A program made the translations under genes and the position numbers. A stretch of 64,000 bases of DNA from Blastocladiella emersonii ATCC 22665. Lineage: Eukaryota > Fungi > Blastocladiomycota. Positions 1-10,563 of this stretch are shown piece after piece (positions within the stretch are counted from its first letter, which is position 1; each line of letters starts with the position of its first letter). Below the pieces are notes generated by a model. The model worked only from the letters and a program-made list of their open reading frames with translations, searched no databases and had not been told where the DNA came from. The stretch is taken from assembly GCA_025594325.1 (NCBI GenBank), contig JANHCV010000007.1, forward strand, positions 248,001 to 312,000, read 5' to 3'.

Positions 1-1
1 C

Positions 2-2869
2 CCACGGCGGGCACACGGGCGCGTCAAAGTCAAAGAAAGTCCAGCGTCGAAGGAGCGCGACGACGCCTTCGTTGGACGCGCCTTGCGCTGTGGACACGTA
101 GGACAGGGCGGAGATGAGGCCGCACAAGTACGTCGACGTGGTGCGCGGATCGCGGCCAATGCCGACCTTGTACAGGACGACCGAGTGGATTTGGCCGAGA
201 AGTTCAAGCGTCGCTGGATCGCGAATGTCCATGCACCGGCGCAACCCCGTGATAAGCGCATTCCACATCGGTAGATTGATGCTCTGGTCGCCGTGCTCCT
301 CCATAAGCTTAAGGACACGGACCAACGCGAGCGGAACGTTAGCGCGCCCGCCAGGCACGAGAAGCGGGTCGATGCGTCGCGCAAACTCGATGAGCACCTC
401 GGGCAGCTCCTTTTCGGCGGCCTCGAGCACGCCCGAGCGCGAGTGCGGGTGCTTGCTGTCCTTGGTCCATCCGTGCAAATCATTTCGAGCACGCGGCTCG
501 GCGCTGAGAGCATCGCTCACCGCATTGAGAGTCGCCGGATCGCGGAACCGGACCGCAGCCCGCTGAAGCGCTTGGGCCACAACCGGAGACGTTCGGTACC
601 CGCGGCGAAGCATCTCGTAGTGTACGTCGAGCGCCGCATGAAGCAAATCAGCACGAAGCTCTGGCCCGGCCGTGGACGCGTTCGCAAGCGCGCTGATCAC
701 GGAATTGTAGTACCAGTCGTCGCAGAGCGCCCCTCGCTTGATCGCCCGAATGACCAAGTGTGCCTCGATGATAGCGTCGTACTGACCAAGCGCCGAGAGC
801 GCGCGAATCATGCAGTCGCAAATCTGCGAGTTCCAGTGCTTGGTGTCGTCGCCGTACTGGCCGATCAAAGCAAGCGCAGCCTCGGGATGACCCTGAGCAA
901 TATGACGATGTGCAATGAGGCTGATATTGTCGCCGTAAACAGGGAGCCCAAGTTTGGTATAGAGCGCAAGGACCCGTTCGGCATCGGCAAGGAAGAGCTT
1001 GTTAACGAGCGCATTCGAGATCCTCGCAATGCGAGCAGAAAGGAAGTCAGGAGGGCTCGGCGGCTGCAAAGTCATTGCTTCGGTACCCGGTGCGTCGCTG
1101 GAAGCAGTCGTTCCTGCACCGGAAGACTCGGGAGCTGGCAACGACGGAGGCGGTGGGGGCTGCCGGTGAGCAACAAAATCAGCAACAATTCCCTCGACGT
1201 ACTCGACCTCGGCGTCCAAGTCTTTGGCACAAAACGCAGCGTGTAAAAGCACCTCGTTCAGGTCCATGTCTGCGTACGGTCGCGAAAGCAGCCCGCAATC
1301 AACTGCTTCGTTGTGGAGAGCGCGCACTTGATTGAGCTCACCGTTTGAGGCATGGTGCGCGATGAGAACTTTGATCACGGGGTATCGAGGGACCCCAGGA
1401 AGCTGAGCAAGCCGACGAACTTCGTCGATAAGGCGCAGCTTCCCGCAGACGCTAATGACGGCGACAATGGCATCGATGGGCGCCCACGCCGGGTCGATGA
1501 GCGAAGCAAGAAAGATGGCATCTGTGTGCTCGACGTCGCGCCGCGAAGCACCGACGCAAAGGGCAGTTAAAGCGTCTGCATGGTCAAAGAAAAGATCGTG
1601 GATCCGCGGGATGCGCTCGAGTCCTCGCAAAAGGTCGCGTAGTCCCTGGCACAACAGCAGGCGCGAGTCCTCGACCTTGGACTTGATACTTGATAATGCA
1701 ACAAGCAACGCGAGAAGCGGCTCGAGTGACTTGGGCGAAAACGGGTCAATCGCGTTCCAGTTGATTTCGGAAATTGCGTTCCGGAACATTGTCGCGTCAC
1801 CCGCAAGGACGGAAGCTTCGGCGCGCGGGATCGGATCAAGCTTTGCGCGCTCTGCCGCCTGTTCAGCGGCGAGCTTACGCGCAGCTTCCTGCTCGGCAAG
1901 TTTCCGAGCCGCCGCTTCCTCTTCCGCGCGCTTCTGGGCAGCTGCAGCTTCCGCAGCCGCAGCCTCGGCCGCAGCCTTCGCCTCCGCCTCGGCAAGCTTT
2001 TTGGCCTTGCGCTTGGCACGCTTCCTTGCAGCACGCTCCTCGAGAGCAAGTCGCTTAGCCTCGGCCGCCTCGGCCGACGAGCGAATTTTGGCTGCGGTTT
2101 CGCGCTCGACATCAGCCGCAGTCTTGATCACGGTTTGGGGAGTCGATGTAACCTTTTCCGTCGCTGAAGCATCGGCAGCGGCCGCCGCAGCGGCCTTGGC
2201 CTCGGCACGTCGCATGCGCTTCCGCGCGGATTTGCTGAGAGCGGGTGTCGGAGCCTCGGGAGAATCGAGATCGGGTTTGGGAGCTGAGGGCGAAGCGAGA
2301 CTGGGATTGGGAGCCAGAGAGGAAGCAGTGTCGACCGCTGGCTCGGCAGCAAGCTTGGACTTTTTCTTTTTCTTCGCCTTGGGTTTCGCAGCTGGCTCGG
2401 CAGAAGACGAAGAAGTCTTGGCTGTCAGTGAAGCAAGACCGTTCATCGGCACAGCGGAATCGGGCGCCGACGAAGTTAGAGGGTCAGCGGGAGCAGGAGC
2501 GACCAAGCCGTCAGCCGGCTCGGGTGCTGAGTTGACCTTCGGTTTTTTCTTCTTCTTCTTCTTTTTTGGCGTAGAGGCCAGATCGCCGGTAGCTCCGACG
2601 ACATCCGAGGAAGCAGAAGGTGCGCCGATGATCCATCGGACATGAGGAACCGGCCCAGGGAGCGGCGGCCTGCTGGCCGAATCGACCGGTTCCTGATCAG
2701 AAGCTGACGAGAGAGGCTTCGGAGGCTTCACCGCAGCGGCAGGCGACGAACGAACAAACTCCAAAGCCGCCGAACCGGGTCCGCTCTGAGAAGACATGGC
2801 GGCGACCCGCGGGATCTGGGCGATTCGGCCTCGCCTGACAAATGCAGCAAGTCGTAACATCGAATACAT
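2..2869 (-). CDS. Family A (PPR-like, mitochondrial presequence) paralog A1, long form; 3' end runs off the left window edge
   Basis: Manual translation from ATG at 2869 gives MYSMLRLAAFVRRGR, near-identical to the start of 47901..51056. It contains GDATMFRNAISEINWNAIDPF (A6: GDAQMFRDAVREANWDKVDVF) and ends in frame at the window edge with ALLRRWTFFDFDAPVCPPW. The ORF track omits it, consistent with no stop inside the window. Confidence 0.85.
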   Translation of the reverse strand, partial: MYSMLRLAAFVRRGRIAQIPRVAAMSSQSGPGSAALEFVRSSPAAAVKPPKPLSSASDQEPVDSASRPPLPGPVPHVRWIIGAPSASSDVVGATGDLASTPKKKKKKKKPKVNSAPEPADGLVAPAPADPLTSSAPDSAVPMNGLASLTAKTSSSSAEPAAKPKAKKKKKSKLAAEPAVDTASSLAPNPSLASPSAPKPDLDSPEAPTPALSKSARKRMRRAEAKAAAAAAADASATEKVTSTPQTVIKTAADVERETAAKIRSSAEAAEAKRLALEERAARKRAKRKAKKLAEAEAKAAAEAAAAEAAAAQKRAEEEAAARKLAEQEAARKLAAEQAAERAKLDPIPRAEASVLAGDATMFRNAISEINWNAIDPFSPKSLEPLLALLVALSSIKSKVEDSRLLLCQGLRDLLRGLERIPRIHDLFFDHADALTALCVGASRRDVEHTDAIFLASLIDPAWAPIDAIVAVISVCGKLRLIDEVRRLAQLPGVPRYPVIKVLIAHHASNGELNQVRALHNEAVDCGLLSRPYADMDLNEVLLHAAFCAKDLDAEVEYVEGIVADFVAHRQPPPPPSLPAPESSGAGTTASSDAPGTEAMTLQPPSPPDFLSARIARISNALVNKLFLADAERVLALYTKLGLPVYGDNISLIAHRHIAQGHPEAALALIGQYGDDTKHWNSQICDCMIRALSALGQYDAIIEAHLVIRAIKRGALCDDWYYNSVISALANASTAGPELRADLLHAALDVHYEMLRRGYRTSPVVAQALQRAAVRFRDPATLNAVSDALSAEPRARNDLHGWTKDSKHPHSRSGVLEAAEKELPEVLIEFARRIDPLLVPGGRANVPLALVRVLKLMEEHGDQSINLPMWNALITGLRRCMDIRDPATLELLGQIHSVVLYKVGIGRDPRTTSTYLCGLISALSYVSTAQGASNEGVVALLRRWTFFDFDAPVCPPW

Positions 2870-2948
2870 GGCAGGGTGTGTGCAGGTCTACATGTGCGGG
2901 GAGCGCGAGTGCGCCCAAGTTGATCGAGCGGAGTTGTGCTACGCCGCT

Positions 2949-2954
2949 CACGTG
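2949..2954. promoter_or_regulatory. CACGTG E-box ~80 bp upstream of A1 ATG
   Basis: TCACGTGAG; CACGTG also lies at a similar distance upstream of A3 and A6. Confidence 0.4.
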
Positions 2955-3076
2955 AGATAAGCGCCGATCACTTACCACGCGATCCTGCGAGGCCGTACGC
3001 GTTATTAATCGAATATTCAGCAAGCTAGAGTTATGAGGGTATCGAAAAATATTTATGAACAAACACGCGGCACCAC

Positions 3077-4933
3077 CTAGGAGCCCGCCTCGACTTTGCG
3101 CCTCAGGGCCTTGAACTGCTTTGTCTTTAGCAACGGTGTAAGCTCCCGCCTGTGCGCTCGGATCATGCTCCCAAAAGTTTGGACCAGTTTCGCGTCAGGG
3201 GGATCCCTAGCCCGCTCACGGTACTCGGTCGCGCACTTGAGCGCGAGCTGGCCATCGCCAAGGCGGATCGCGGCCTCCGCAAGCGAGGTCCACAGGTTCG
3301 TATGCGTGAGCGCAGCCAGGTCACCGCGATTTGGTCCGCCTGCGAGGATCTCCTTGACCAGTCGCTGAAGCAAATCGTGTCGACCGGCGAACCCGATTGA
3401 GTCAGCAGCGACTGTGAGAGTTCGCGGCTGCCACATGGCATTGACCTGGTCCCGGCGGCCCGCTTTTGATGCGTCACCGTGCCACGGGTCGTCTTTGCCG
3501 ACCCAAGGTGGGCAGACCGACACCTCCCTGTCAAAGAAGATCCAACGGTTCAATAGGGCGATGATCGGATCGCAGTTCGCGCTGCGCTCAGACAAGATGT
3601 GTGACAAGGCCATGAGAAGATTGGTGAGGTAGATGCGAGTGGCCCGTAGGTCCCGCCCGAGTCCAGCCTGAGAAACGACCGTCGCGTGAACTTGACTCAA
3701 GAGTTCGAGAGTCGTAGGGTCTGTCCTGGACATACGCCGATGAATCGCTGTGACCAGCGCCGACCAATGGAAGAGCGACAGCTTCCGCGGGCCGTACTGC
3801 TTCAGAATATCATGCATAAGCGCGTACGCGAGGTAAATGTCGTCGCGAGTGCCCGACTCAAGGAGTGGTTTGACTTCGGCGGCAAAGGTTTCGTGCGCTG
3901 TCAGGGAACCTGTTTTGAGAGCCGTCACATGGCTGGATTTGAAGGCAAGAGGCATTGGCATCAGTTGAGTTATGCTGCTCACAACGGCCAAGAGCGCTGG
4001 ATCATTGACCTTGGCCGCAGCTCGCTTCAGGGCCACGGCGGCCATGACGGACAAGGAAAAGACTGCAGTGCGCATGTCGGCGTGAACCGCGAGCGCGTTG
4101 CTGAGCAACAAGCTGCACGCGGGATCCTCCGCCATCGATGCGTTTGAGAGCAGGCTGACGACCGTGTTGTAGTATTGCGCGTCCAGCGACACCTCGGATT
4201 TGACTAGCTCGCGATGGCACGTTTCAATGGCGCCTGGGATTCCTTTGTCCGCCAAAGCTTGAGCAAAGAAGGTATATGCAAGCGCGGGCCGATCTTGTAG
4301 GGTACGCGAAAAGGCGTGCCAAATGGGCTGCTGCCAGTGGGCTTCCCCGTAGGTGCAGATGCGAAAGCCCACGCTGCTGGCGGTGTTGGGTGGGGCATAC
4401 GTGAAGAAGACAACAAGAAGGCTCGTTGCTTTGGTAAGCCGACGGTCCGACACGAGCGCAGTCACGAGGCGCAAAACACGGGCAGGAATACGTGATGTAT
4501 ACTCGGGACTCGTGGTGAGAGTGGGCCAAAACGGTTCCTGCAGCGCGGTGGTCAAAATACGGGCTTCCTCGGCGGCGTTTCCCGCTTGATACACGGCGTC
4601 AAGCAGAAGCTCCCAGAAATCGGCGTCGGTAAAATTGGAGAACATGGCGCGGCTGTCATGGCCGAGCCGCAGCTTTTGTGCTTCGGGGTTGAGCGCGCGA
4701 ACTTCCTCGAGCTGTCCGTCATCTGCCCAAATCCGGGCGCGCTTGCGAAGCTCTTCAATTTGAGGCACAAAGGTAGGAGCGGGAATAAATCGGCGATCAT
4801 CTTCCGTCAAGTTGAGGTTGAGCTCGCCAGCCGCGCCGTTTCCGAGGCCCGCTGAAACGCGAAAGGCGCGGCGTGCCGGAGCACAAGCGCGTAACCGAAC
4901 GACATTTGCAGCAAGTCGCAGCATCGTATTCAT
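3077..4933 (-). CDS. Family A paralog A2, short form (618 aa)
   Basis: Open ORF. Arg-rich, acid-free N-terminus MNTMLRLAANVVRLRA. PPR-like helices (YYNTVVSLLSNA) and the family C-terminus WIFFDREVSVCPPW...TNLWTSLAEAAIRLGDGQLALKC. Confidence 0.85.
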   Translation of the reverse strand: MNTMLRLAANVVRLRACAPARRAFRVSAGLGNGAAGELNLNLTEDDRRFIPAPTFVPQIEELRKRARIWADDGQLEEVRALNPEAQKLRLGHDSRAMFSNFTDADFWELLLDAVYQAGNAAEEARILTTALQEPFWPTLTTSPEYTSRIPARVLRLVTALVSDRRLTKATSLLVVFFTYAPPNTASSVGFRICTYGEAHWQQPIWHAFSRTLQDRPALAYTFFAQALADKGIPGAIETCHRELVKSEVSLDAQYYNTVVSLLSNASMAEDPACSLLLSNALAVHADMRTAVFSLSVMAAVALKRAAAKVNDPALLAVVSSITQLMPMPLAFKSSHVTALKTGSLTAHETFAAEVKPLLESGTRDDIYLAYALMHDILKQYGPRKLSLFHWSALVTAIHRRMSRTDPTTLELLSQVHATVVSQAGLGRDLRATRIYLTNLLMALSHILSERSANCDPIIALLNRWIFFDREVSVCPPWVGKDDPWHGDASKAGRRDQVNAMWQPRTLTVAADSIGFAGRHDLLQRLVKEILAGGPNRGDLAALTHTNLWTSLAEAAIRLGDGQLALKCATEYRERARDPPDAKLVQTFGSMIRAHRRELTPLLKTKQFKALRRKVEAGS

Positions 4934-5127
4934 GGAAGTGAGTGCTTCATGGGAGTCGGCGGGAGGGAGAGCAAGGCGAGCGCGCCGTTCATCTCAAAAC
5001 GCCACCCGAAGCGCCGCCGACACGGCTTGGACGCGCTCGCTCTCGCCACTCCCTCGGCCCTCCTACTCTCTTCTGGAAGGGGACAAGACCGATTCCAAGA
5101 AGATATCGTTACACTCGAGCGTCTATT

Positions 5128-7419
5128 CTATATCGTCGCCTCGACCGACGTCCCCGCGGCCGCCTCGACCTGTCGCTTGACCGCCGCGTACCTCGGGTCG
5201 CGGAGGACCCACGCGAGCTCGGGCTTGTGGACTTCGACCATGGTGTGCACGGTGCGGACCATCTTGAGGTCAGGCTGCGCGCCGGCCTTCTCGCGGAACT
5301 CGCTGATACACGCCAGCGCGAGCTCGCCATCCTCCAACCGTATCGCCGCCTCGGCGAGCGACGTCCACACGTTGGCGTTGGTGATGATGCGCGGGTTAAG
5401 CTTGAGCGGGCCGCCGGCGCGGATCCCTGCCACGAGGCGGCCGAGCAGCGCGCGGTCGCCCGCGTACCCGACCGAGTCGGCGGCGACGGCGAGGGACTGG
5501 TGGGTCCACAGGATTAGCATGAAGGCGTTGCGGCCGGACTCGGCCGTGATCCCGTCAAAGGCGTGCCACGGCTCGGCGTCGTGGACCCACGGCGGGCACG
5601 CGGGCACGTCCGTGTTGCCGAACAGCCACCGGCGGAGCAGCGCGACGACGACGACGGTGTTCGACTCTGCGCGGCTCTGTGCCGACACGACGTGCGAGAC
5701 GGCGGTGATGAGCCCCGTGATATACGTCGCGGACGCCTTGGCGTCGCGGCCGAGCCCGACGCGGAACACGACCGCCGAGTGGATCTGTCCCAACAAGTCG
5801 AGCGTCTGCGGGTCGGCCTTGTCCATGTGGCGGTGCAGCGCCGTGACGATGGCACACCAGCGCGACAGCGGGAGGGACTCGGCGCCGTGGGTGTCGATGA
5901 TGGCGATCGTGTGGACCAGCGCCGTCGAGACGGACCCGGCGTGCAGCAGCGGCTCGACGGCGCGGTCAAACTCGGCCACGGCTTCGGGGACCGTGTGCGC
6001 AACACCCGTAACGCGCGGCGGGCCGGCGTGCGCGACGGCGCCGCGGACGGCCGCCTGGACTTCTGGGTCGCCGACGCGGGTGGCGGCGCGGCGCAGCGTC
6101 GACGCCGTGATCGCGTCGGGCGTGTGCCCGTCCGCGACCATGTCCTCGCACACGTCAATGGCGTGGAGGATCAGGTCGGGCTGCGGCGAGACGTCGTCGG
6201 ACCCGACGGCGGCGTTGGCGAGGGCGATCACGGTCGCCTCGTATGTCCACGCGTCGCACAGGTTGGTGCCGCGAAACGTCGCGTAGGTCTCGAGGACGGC
6301 GTCGGGCAGGTCCTTTGCAGCGAGTGCGGCGATCAGGGCGTTGACGACGCGCGGCGACCAGTGGTCGGCCTGCGCGGCGTACCGCTGGATGAGGGCGAGT
6401 GCGGCGTCGGGCAGCTCGTTGGCCGTGTACTTTTTCGCAATGTAGCTGAGGCACATCGAGTTGACGGGCCTGCCGAGTTTGCCGAGGAGCGCGAGCACCT
6501 GCTCGGCCTCGTGCAGGTACAGGCGGTCGGCGAGCGCGGTGACGGCGCGCGGGATCCACTCGAGCAGGTATTTGGGCGGCGGCGACACGTTGCCGTCGTC
6601 GCACGCGTCCTCGGCCATGGTCTCGAGCAGGCGCGCGAGGGTCTCGATCTCGCCCGCGGCGTGCGCGGCGCGGAGCAGCGCGTTGTTGAAGTTGGGGTCG
6701 GCGAGGTGGTACTCGAGCGCGCCGCTCTCGACGGCCTCCATGTTAAGCCGCTGCACGCCCGCGAGGTCGCCCGCGTACGACAAGATCTCGGCGCGCATGC
6801 ACAGGGTGATGACGGGCGGGACGCCCTTGATCTTGCCGAGCGCGACCACGTCGTCGGTGCGGCGCGCCTGCACGCACACGCGCATCGTGGCGACGATCGC
6901 GGTCAGCGGCGCCCACGCCGGGTCAATGAGCGGCAAGAGCAGCGGCGCCGCGCGTTCGCCCAACCGCCGCCTCGCTGCGCCGACGCACAGGCCGATGAGG
7001 GCGTCGCGGTTCTGGAACAGCGTGTCCGAGACGCGCGGGACGCGGGCGAGCCCGGCGAGGAGCGCGACGAGCCCGTCGTCCCACTCGGCGCGCGGGTCGT
7101 CCGAGTGCGCGGGGACGGTGCGCAGGGCGGCGCAGAAGTTGGTTAGCGCTACGTCGCCCTGCACCGCCGCGGCGGTCTCGGCGGCATCCCACGGGACGGC
7201 GGCGACGGCCGCGTGGAACCCGGCGGCGTCGGCGCTCACAACGCACGCGCGGTGGTGTGCGAGGCTGTGCAGGGGCCCGCGCGCGCGCTTCGTTGTTGCC
7301 GTCGCGAGCGGGCGCACGACGAGACGCGTCCGTGTTGCCGCCGCCGCCGCGGGTCTCAGCGCGTGCGCGGCGCACCGTGGCAGCCGCGCGAGTGCAGCGA
7401 GTCGCCGCAACGTGTACAT
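5128..7419 (-). CDS. Family A paralog A3, long form, strongly GC3-rich
   Basis: Likely start MYTLRRLAALARLP at 7419, with the same caccctgccATGTA context as A1 and A6. PPR-like motifs FNNALLRAAHAAG, VVNALIAALAAKD, WTYEATVIALANA. C-terminus WLFGNTDVPACPPW...NVWTSLAEAAIRLEDGELALAC. Confidence 0.85.
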   Translation of the reverse strand: MYTLRRLAALARLPRCAAHALRPAAAAATRTRLVVRPLATATTKRARGPLHSLAHHRACVVSADAAGFHAAVAAVPWDAAETAAAVQGDVALTNFCAALRTVPAHSDDPRAEWDDGLVALLAGLARVPRVSDTLFQNRDALIGLCVGAARRRLGERAAPLLLPLIDPAWAPLTAIVATMRVCVQARRTDDVVALGKIKGVPPVITLCMRAEILSYAGDLAGVQRLNMEAVESGALEYHLADPNFNNALLRAAHAAGEIETLARLLETMAEDACDDGNVSPPPKYLLEWIPRAVTALADRLYLHEAEQVLALLGKLGRPVNSMCLSYIAKKYTANELPDAALALIQRYAAQADHWSPRVVNALIAALAAKDLPDAVLETYATFRGTNLCDAWTYEATVIALANAAVGSDDVSPQPDLILHAIDVCEDMVADGHTPDAITASTLRRAATRVGDPEVQAAVRGAVAHAGPPRVTGVAHTVPEAVAEFDRAVEPLLHAGSVSTALVHTIAIIDTHGAESLPLSRWCAIVTALHRHMDKADPQTLDLLGQIHSAVVFRVGLGRDAKASATYITGLITAVSHVVSAQSRAESNTVVVVALLRRWLFGNTDVPACPPWVHDAEPWHAFDGITAESGRNAFMLILWTHQSLAVAADSVGYAGDRALLGRLVAGIRAGGPLKLNPRIITNANVWTSLAEAAIRLEDGELALACISEFREKAGAQPDLKMVRTVHTMVEVHKPELAWVLRDPRYAAVKRQVEAAAGTSVEATI

Positions 7420-7513
7420 GGCAGGGTGGTCATGGATGGAGCAGCGGTGCCCGCCGTCGCGGTGGTGAGATGCGCGTCCGCTCGGCGATCGGCCAAGCAT
7501 CCCCTGAGAGCCG

Positions 7514-7519
7514 CACGTG
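7514..7519. promoter_or_regulatory. CACGTG E-box upstream of A3, in the divergent A3/TF-like intergenic region
   Basis: GCACGTGG ~95 bp upstream of the A3 ATG. Confidence 0.35.
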
Positions 7520-8098
7520 GAGGGCGGCGACGCGACTTGACTCGTCTTCGCATCGGCGGCCGGCGCGTCGGCTCGCTCTCTCCCTCAAGTGCGTCGATTT
7601 GGATGTAAGCTCATGGACAGTCTGCCGATGCGAGCGCAAGACTGCGGTCCCGCAGCGGACAGATGGCGGCGGCAGCGGTCGCCCCTATGAATTCTCGGCC
7701 CCATGCGCGCTGCCGTGCCCGCGTGCGCGTTTCCGGCACCGCGGGTGGTGCAGTGCACGCCCACGTTCTTCACGGCGGGCGGCCAGTTGAGCGGACAGTG
7801 CGAGCGGACAGCCGGGATGATGAAGGCGCGCACACGCGGGCGGGGGCCTGGGCGGGGGCGACCTAGACAGCAGCTCGACAGTCCACCTGCCCCGTGAGGG
7901 AAGCCATCGCGTCGTCCTGCGCCTCGGTCGCGCGCTGGGCCACCCGCCCCTCGACATGCCAGCAGGCCCCGCCCGCCCCGCGCGGCCGCACCGTGGCGCG
8001 GGCCGCCCCGTTATATACCGCGACCTGCCCACGCCTTGGACGCTCGTCGGACGCTGCCCCCGCGCTACCGCCGCTGCACCGCTGCACCGCAACTCGCC

Positions 8099-10394
8099 AT
8101 GTCGACACCCACGGAGCACAGCGGCGCCGCCGCCCCCTATCCCCCGACGCTGCCGCTGATCGGCGCCGCGCCCACGGACACGGACCCGCGCGCCAACCAG
8201 ACCATCGACAACCTCGGCCAGCTCGTCGCGCAGCTGGGCGACCCCGCTCCTGCCCCGCCCTTCTACTCCTACGACCAGCACCAGTACTATCTCGGCCAGA
8301 CCCACCAGCATGTCGGTTCCGGCTACATGACGCCCGAGATGGTCGCCATGGCAATGCTCCCGAACCAGTAGTACGTCATCCCGACACGCTTTGGGATATG
8401 GCGGGCCAGGTTCCTAACCCATTTCTCCCGCTTCGTAGCCCGACCCACGCCGTGTCGCCCATGATCGCGCCGCTCCCGAGCCCGCAGCCCTCGCCCGTGC
8501 TCGCGCGGCGCGTTCTCGCCGGCCCCGTGGCTGCTGCCGCGCCCGTGCTCGACCCGAACGCCCTGCTCCCGACCATCGCCAACGCCGCAGACTGCCTGGG
8601 CGCCAAGTCGGAGCTGCTGCACGACCAGACCATGGTCTTGTACTTCAAGACGTCGCCCGGATGGCCGCGCCGCCTGCAGAACGGCAGCCTGCGCCTGCCC
8701 ATCGTGACCTCGCGCGTTCCCGCGTCGCTGACCCCGCCGCCCGCGACGCTGCGCCGCAACTGGGTCGTCAAGCTCGCCATCGAGAACCAGAACCAGGGCG
8801 TCGCGGCTCCGGGTAACGCCGACGGCGTCGCCTCGGGCACGATTGACCTCGACTACGACGACAACCTCAAGGCTTACACGACCACGATCGCGGTCAGCGA
8901 GAAGTGGGAGTTTGTTCTCCGCAACGGCAAGCGCAAGATGTCCGACAACGAGTACTTTTCGATGCACGTCTTCCTCGGCGACGAGCAGGTCACCATCGGC
9001 GGCACCTTCCCGTCGCGCATCCGCGTCAAGTCGTACAAGAACGACGAGGCGCAGCGCAACCTCACCAAGGAGCGCAAGACCGCCAAGAAGCGCGGCGCGC
9101 CGATCGGTGCCGACGGCGACGACGCGAGCGGCGGGTCCGAGGGCTCGGCTTCGTCATCGTCATTGTCGTCCGACGACACGTCCAGCGCGGGATCGGCGGT
9201 CGGCGCGCCGTCGGCCAAACGGCCGCGTCGTTCGACTCGGGTCGCTGCTGCCGCCGCGGCTGCTGCTGCTGCGGCTACGGTCATGGTCGACGACAGCAGC
9301 GACCCGGGCTCGCCGCCGCTCGCGTCGCCGCTCGCCGGGACCGCCGGCTCGCCCGTCTTCGTCCCCGATACTCCGTTCGAGATGTTCATGCCGTTCCTCC
9401 CTCCTCCTCCGCCGCCGCCGTCCGACCTCGGCGCGCGCGTGCTCGACCACATGCGGCACTCGCTCGACCCGCTGCCGTCGTACCTCGCGGCCCAGCTCGA
9501 GGACGGCCCCGCGGCGGTTTCGGACCCCGAGACGGCGCACATGTTCGTGGTCCTCGTCGAGCGCCACTTCAACCCGCGCGAGTCGCGGTGGCAGCCCGCT
9601 GACGTGGTCCGCGTGCTCGCGGTCCTGCTCCGCCGGCGCAACTGGTTCGATCAGCGTACGTATCGTGGGAGCGGGTGGCGCAGTTCCCCAGATCGGCAAC
9701 TCACGTCTCCCGCTTTCCTGCTGTAGATCTGTGGCACGACGTCCCACACGCGTTCCCGTACCCGCTGCACCGCCTCGCGCACGCGTCGGCCGGATACCCG
9801 GACCTCGTTCACGCCGTCGTCGGCCTGCTGTGCACCGGCACCGCGCTCGACTTCACAGTCTCCGCGCCCGCGTTGCCGCTTCACCACCCGCACCATCACG
9901 CGCCGCCGCCGCCGTCGTGGCCGCCCGCCACGCCCGCCGACTGGCTCAAGCGCGTGTTCCGCCCCGCGGCCGAGGTGTTCGCGTCGGCGCACGCCGCGCT
10001 GCCCGCGCCCGTCGTCGCGAACTCGGCCGTCGTCGACTTCCGCCCGATCCACACGGCCGCGGCCGTCGGGAACACGGCGTTCCTCGTCGCGCACGCGCGG
10101 CACGCCGAGCCGTGCGTCACGTTCTCGGCGTCGCAGCGCGTCGACGCGGGCAACGTGTTCCACATCCTGTGCCGCATGGCGGTCGCGACCGGGTCGCTGG
10201 TCGACCTCGACGCAGTGTGGAACGCGGCGCAGGGCAACGACCGCGTGCGTGAGGTCGCTGAGACGGCGCTCGAGCAGTGCGACCGGTTCCGGTACTCGCC
10301 CGCGGACGTCGCGGCCGGCGACGCGCGCGTCGTCGAGTGGGTCAAGCGGCGCGCGTGCTCCGTGCTGTTCAACGACTTCATCGTCCCCGAGTAG
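8099..10394 (+). CDS. Putative transcription factor: beta-rich (p53/RHD/CP2-like?) domain, basic NLS and C-terminal ankyrin-like repeats; 3 exons
   Basis: Exons 8099-8370, 8439-9655 and 9727-10394 join in frame across GTACGT...TAG introns (8371-8438, 9656-9726). A beta-strand-rich domain ends SRIRVKSYKNDEAQRNLTKERKTAKKR. Ankyrin-like segments PIHTAAAVGNTAFL, GNVFHILC, DRFRYSPADVA. Confidence 0.65.
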
Positions 10395-10563
10395 GCGGCG
10401 GCGGCGGATGGCGCGCTGGTCGTCGCGCGAGCAAGTTACCCAGGAAGTGAGTGAGAGCTAAGTTATTATGAAAGAGTAGACCGGCGCCCGAGGCAAGAAA
10501 GTGTAAGATAATGATGTTGTGTGTGATTGATACCAGACGATATTCTGTTCATGCCGATCATCA

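Noticed and set aside
5563-7146. Long antisense or alternate-frame ORFs (also 27812-30823, 28327-30252, 33636-35546, 40557-42533 and others)
   Set aside because: Shadow ORFs expected from extreme GC3 bias on the true strand. They are Arg/Gly/Ala-rich with no domain motifs and overlap well-supported genes.
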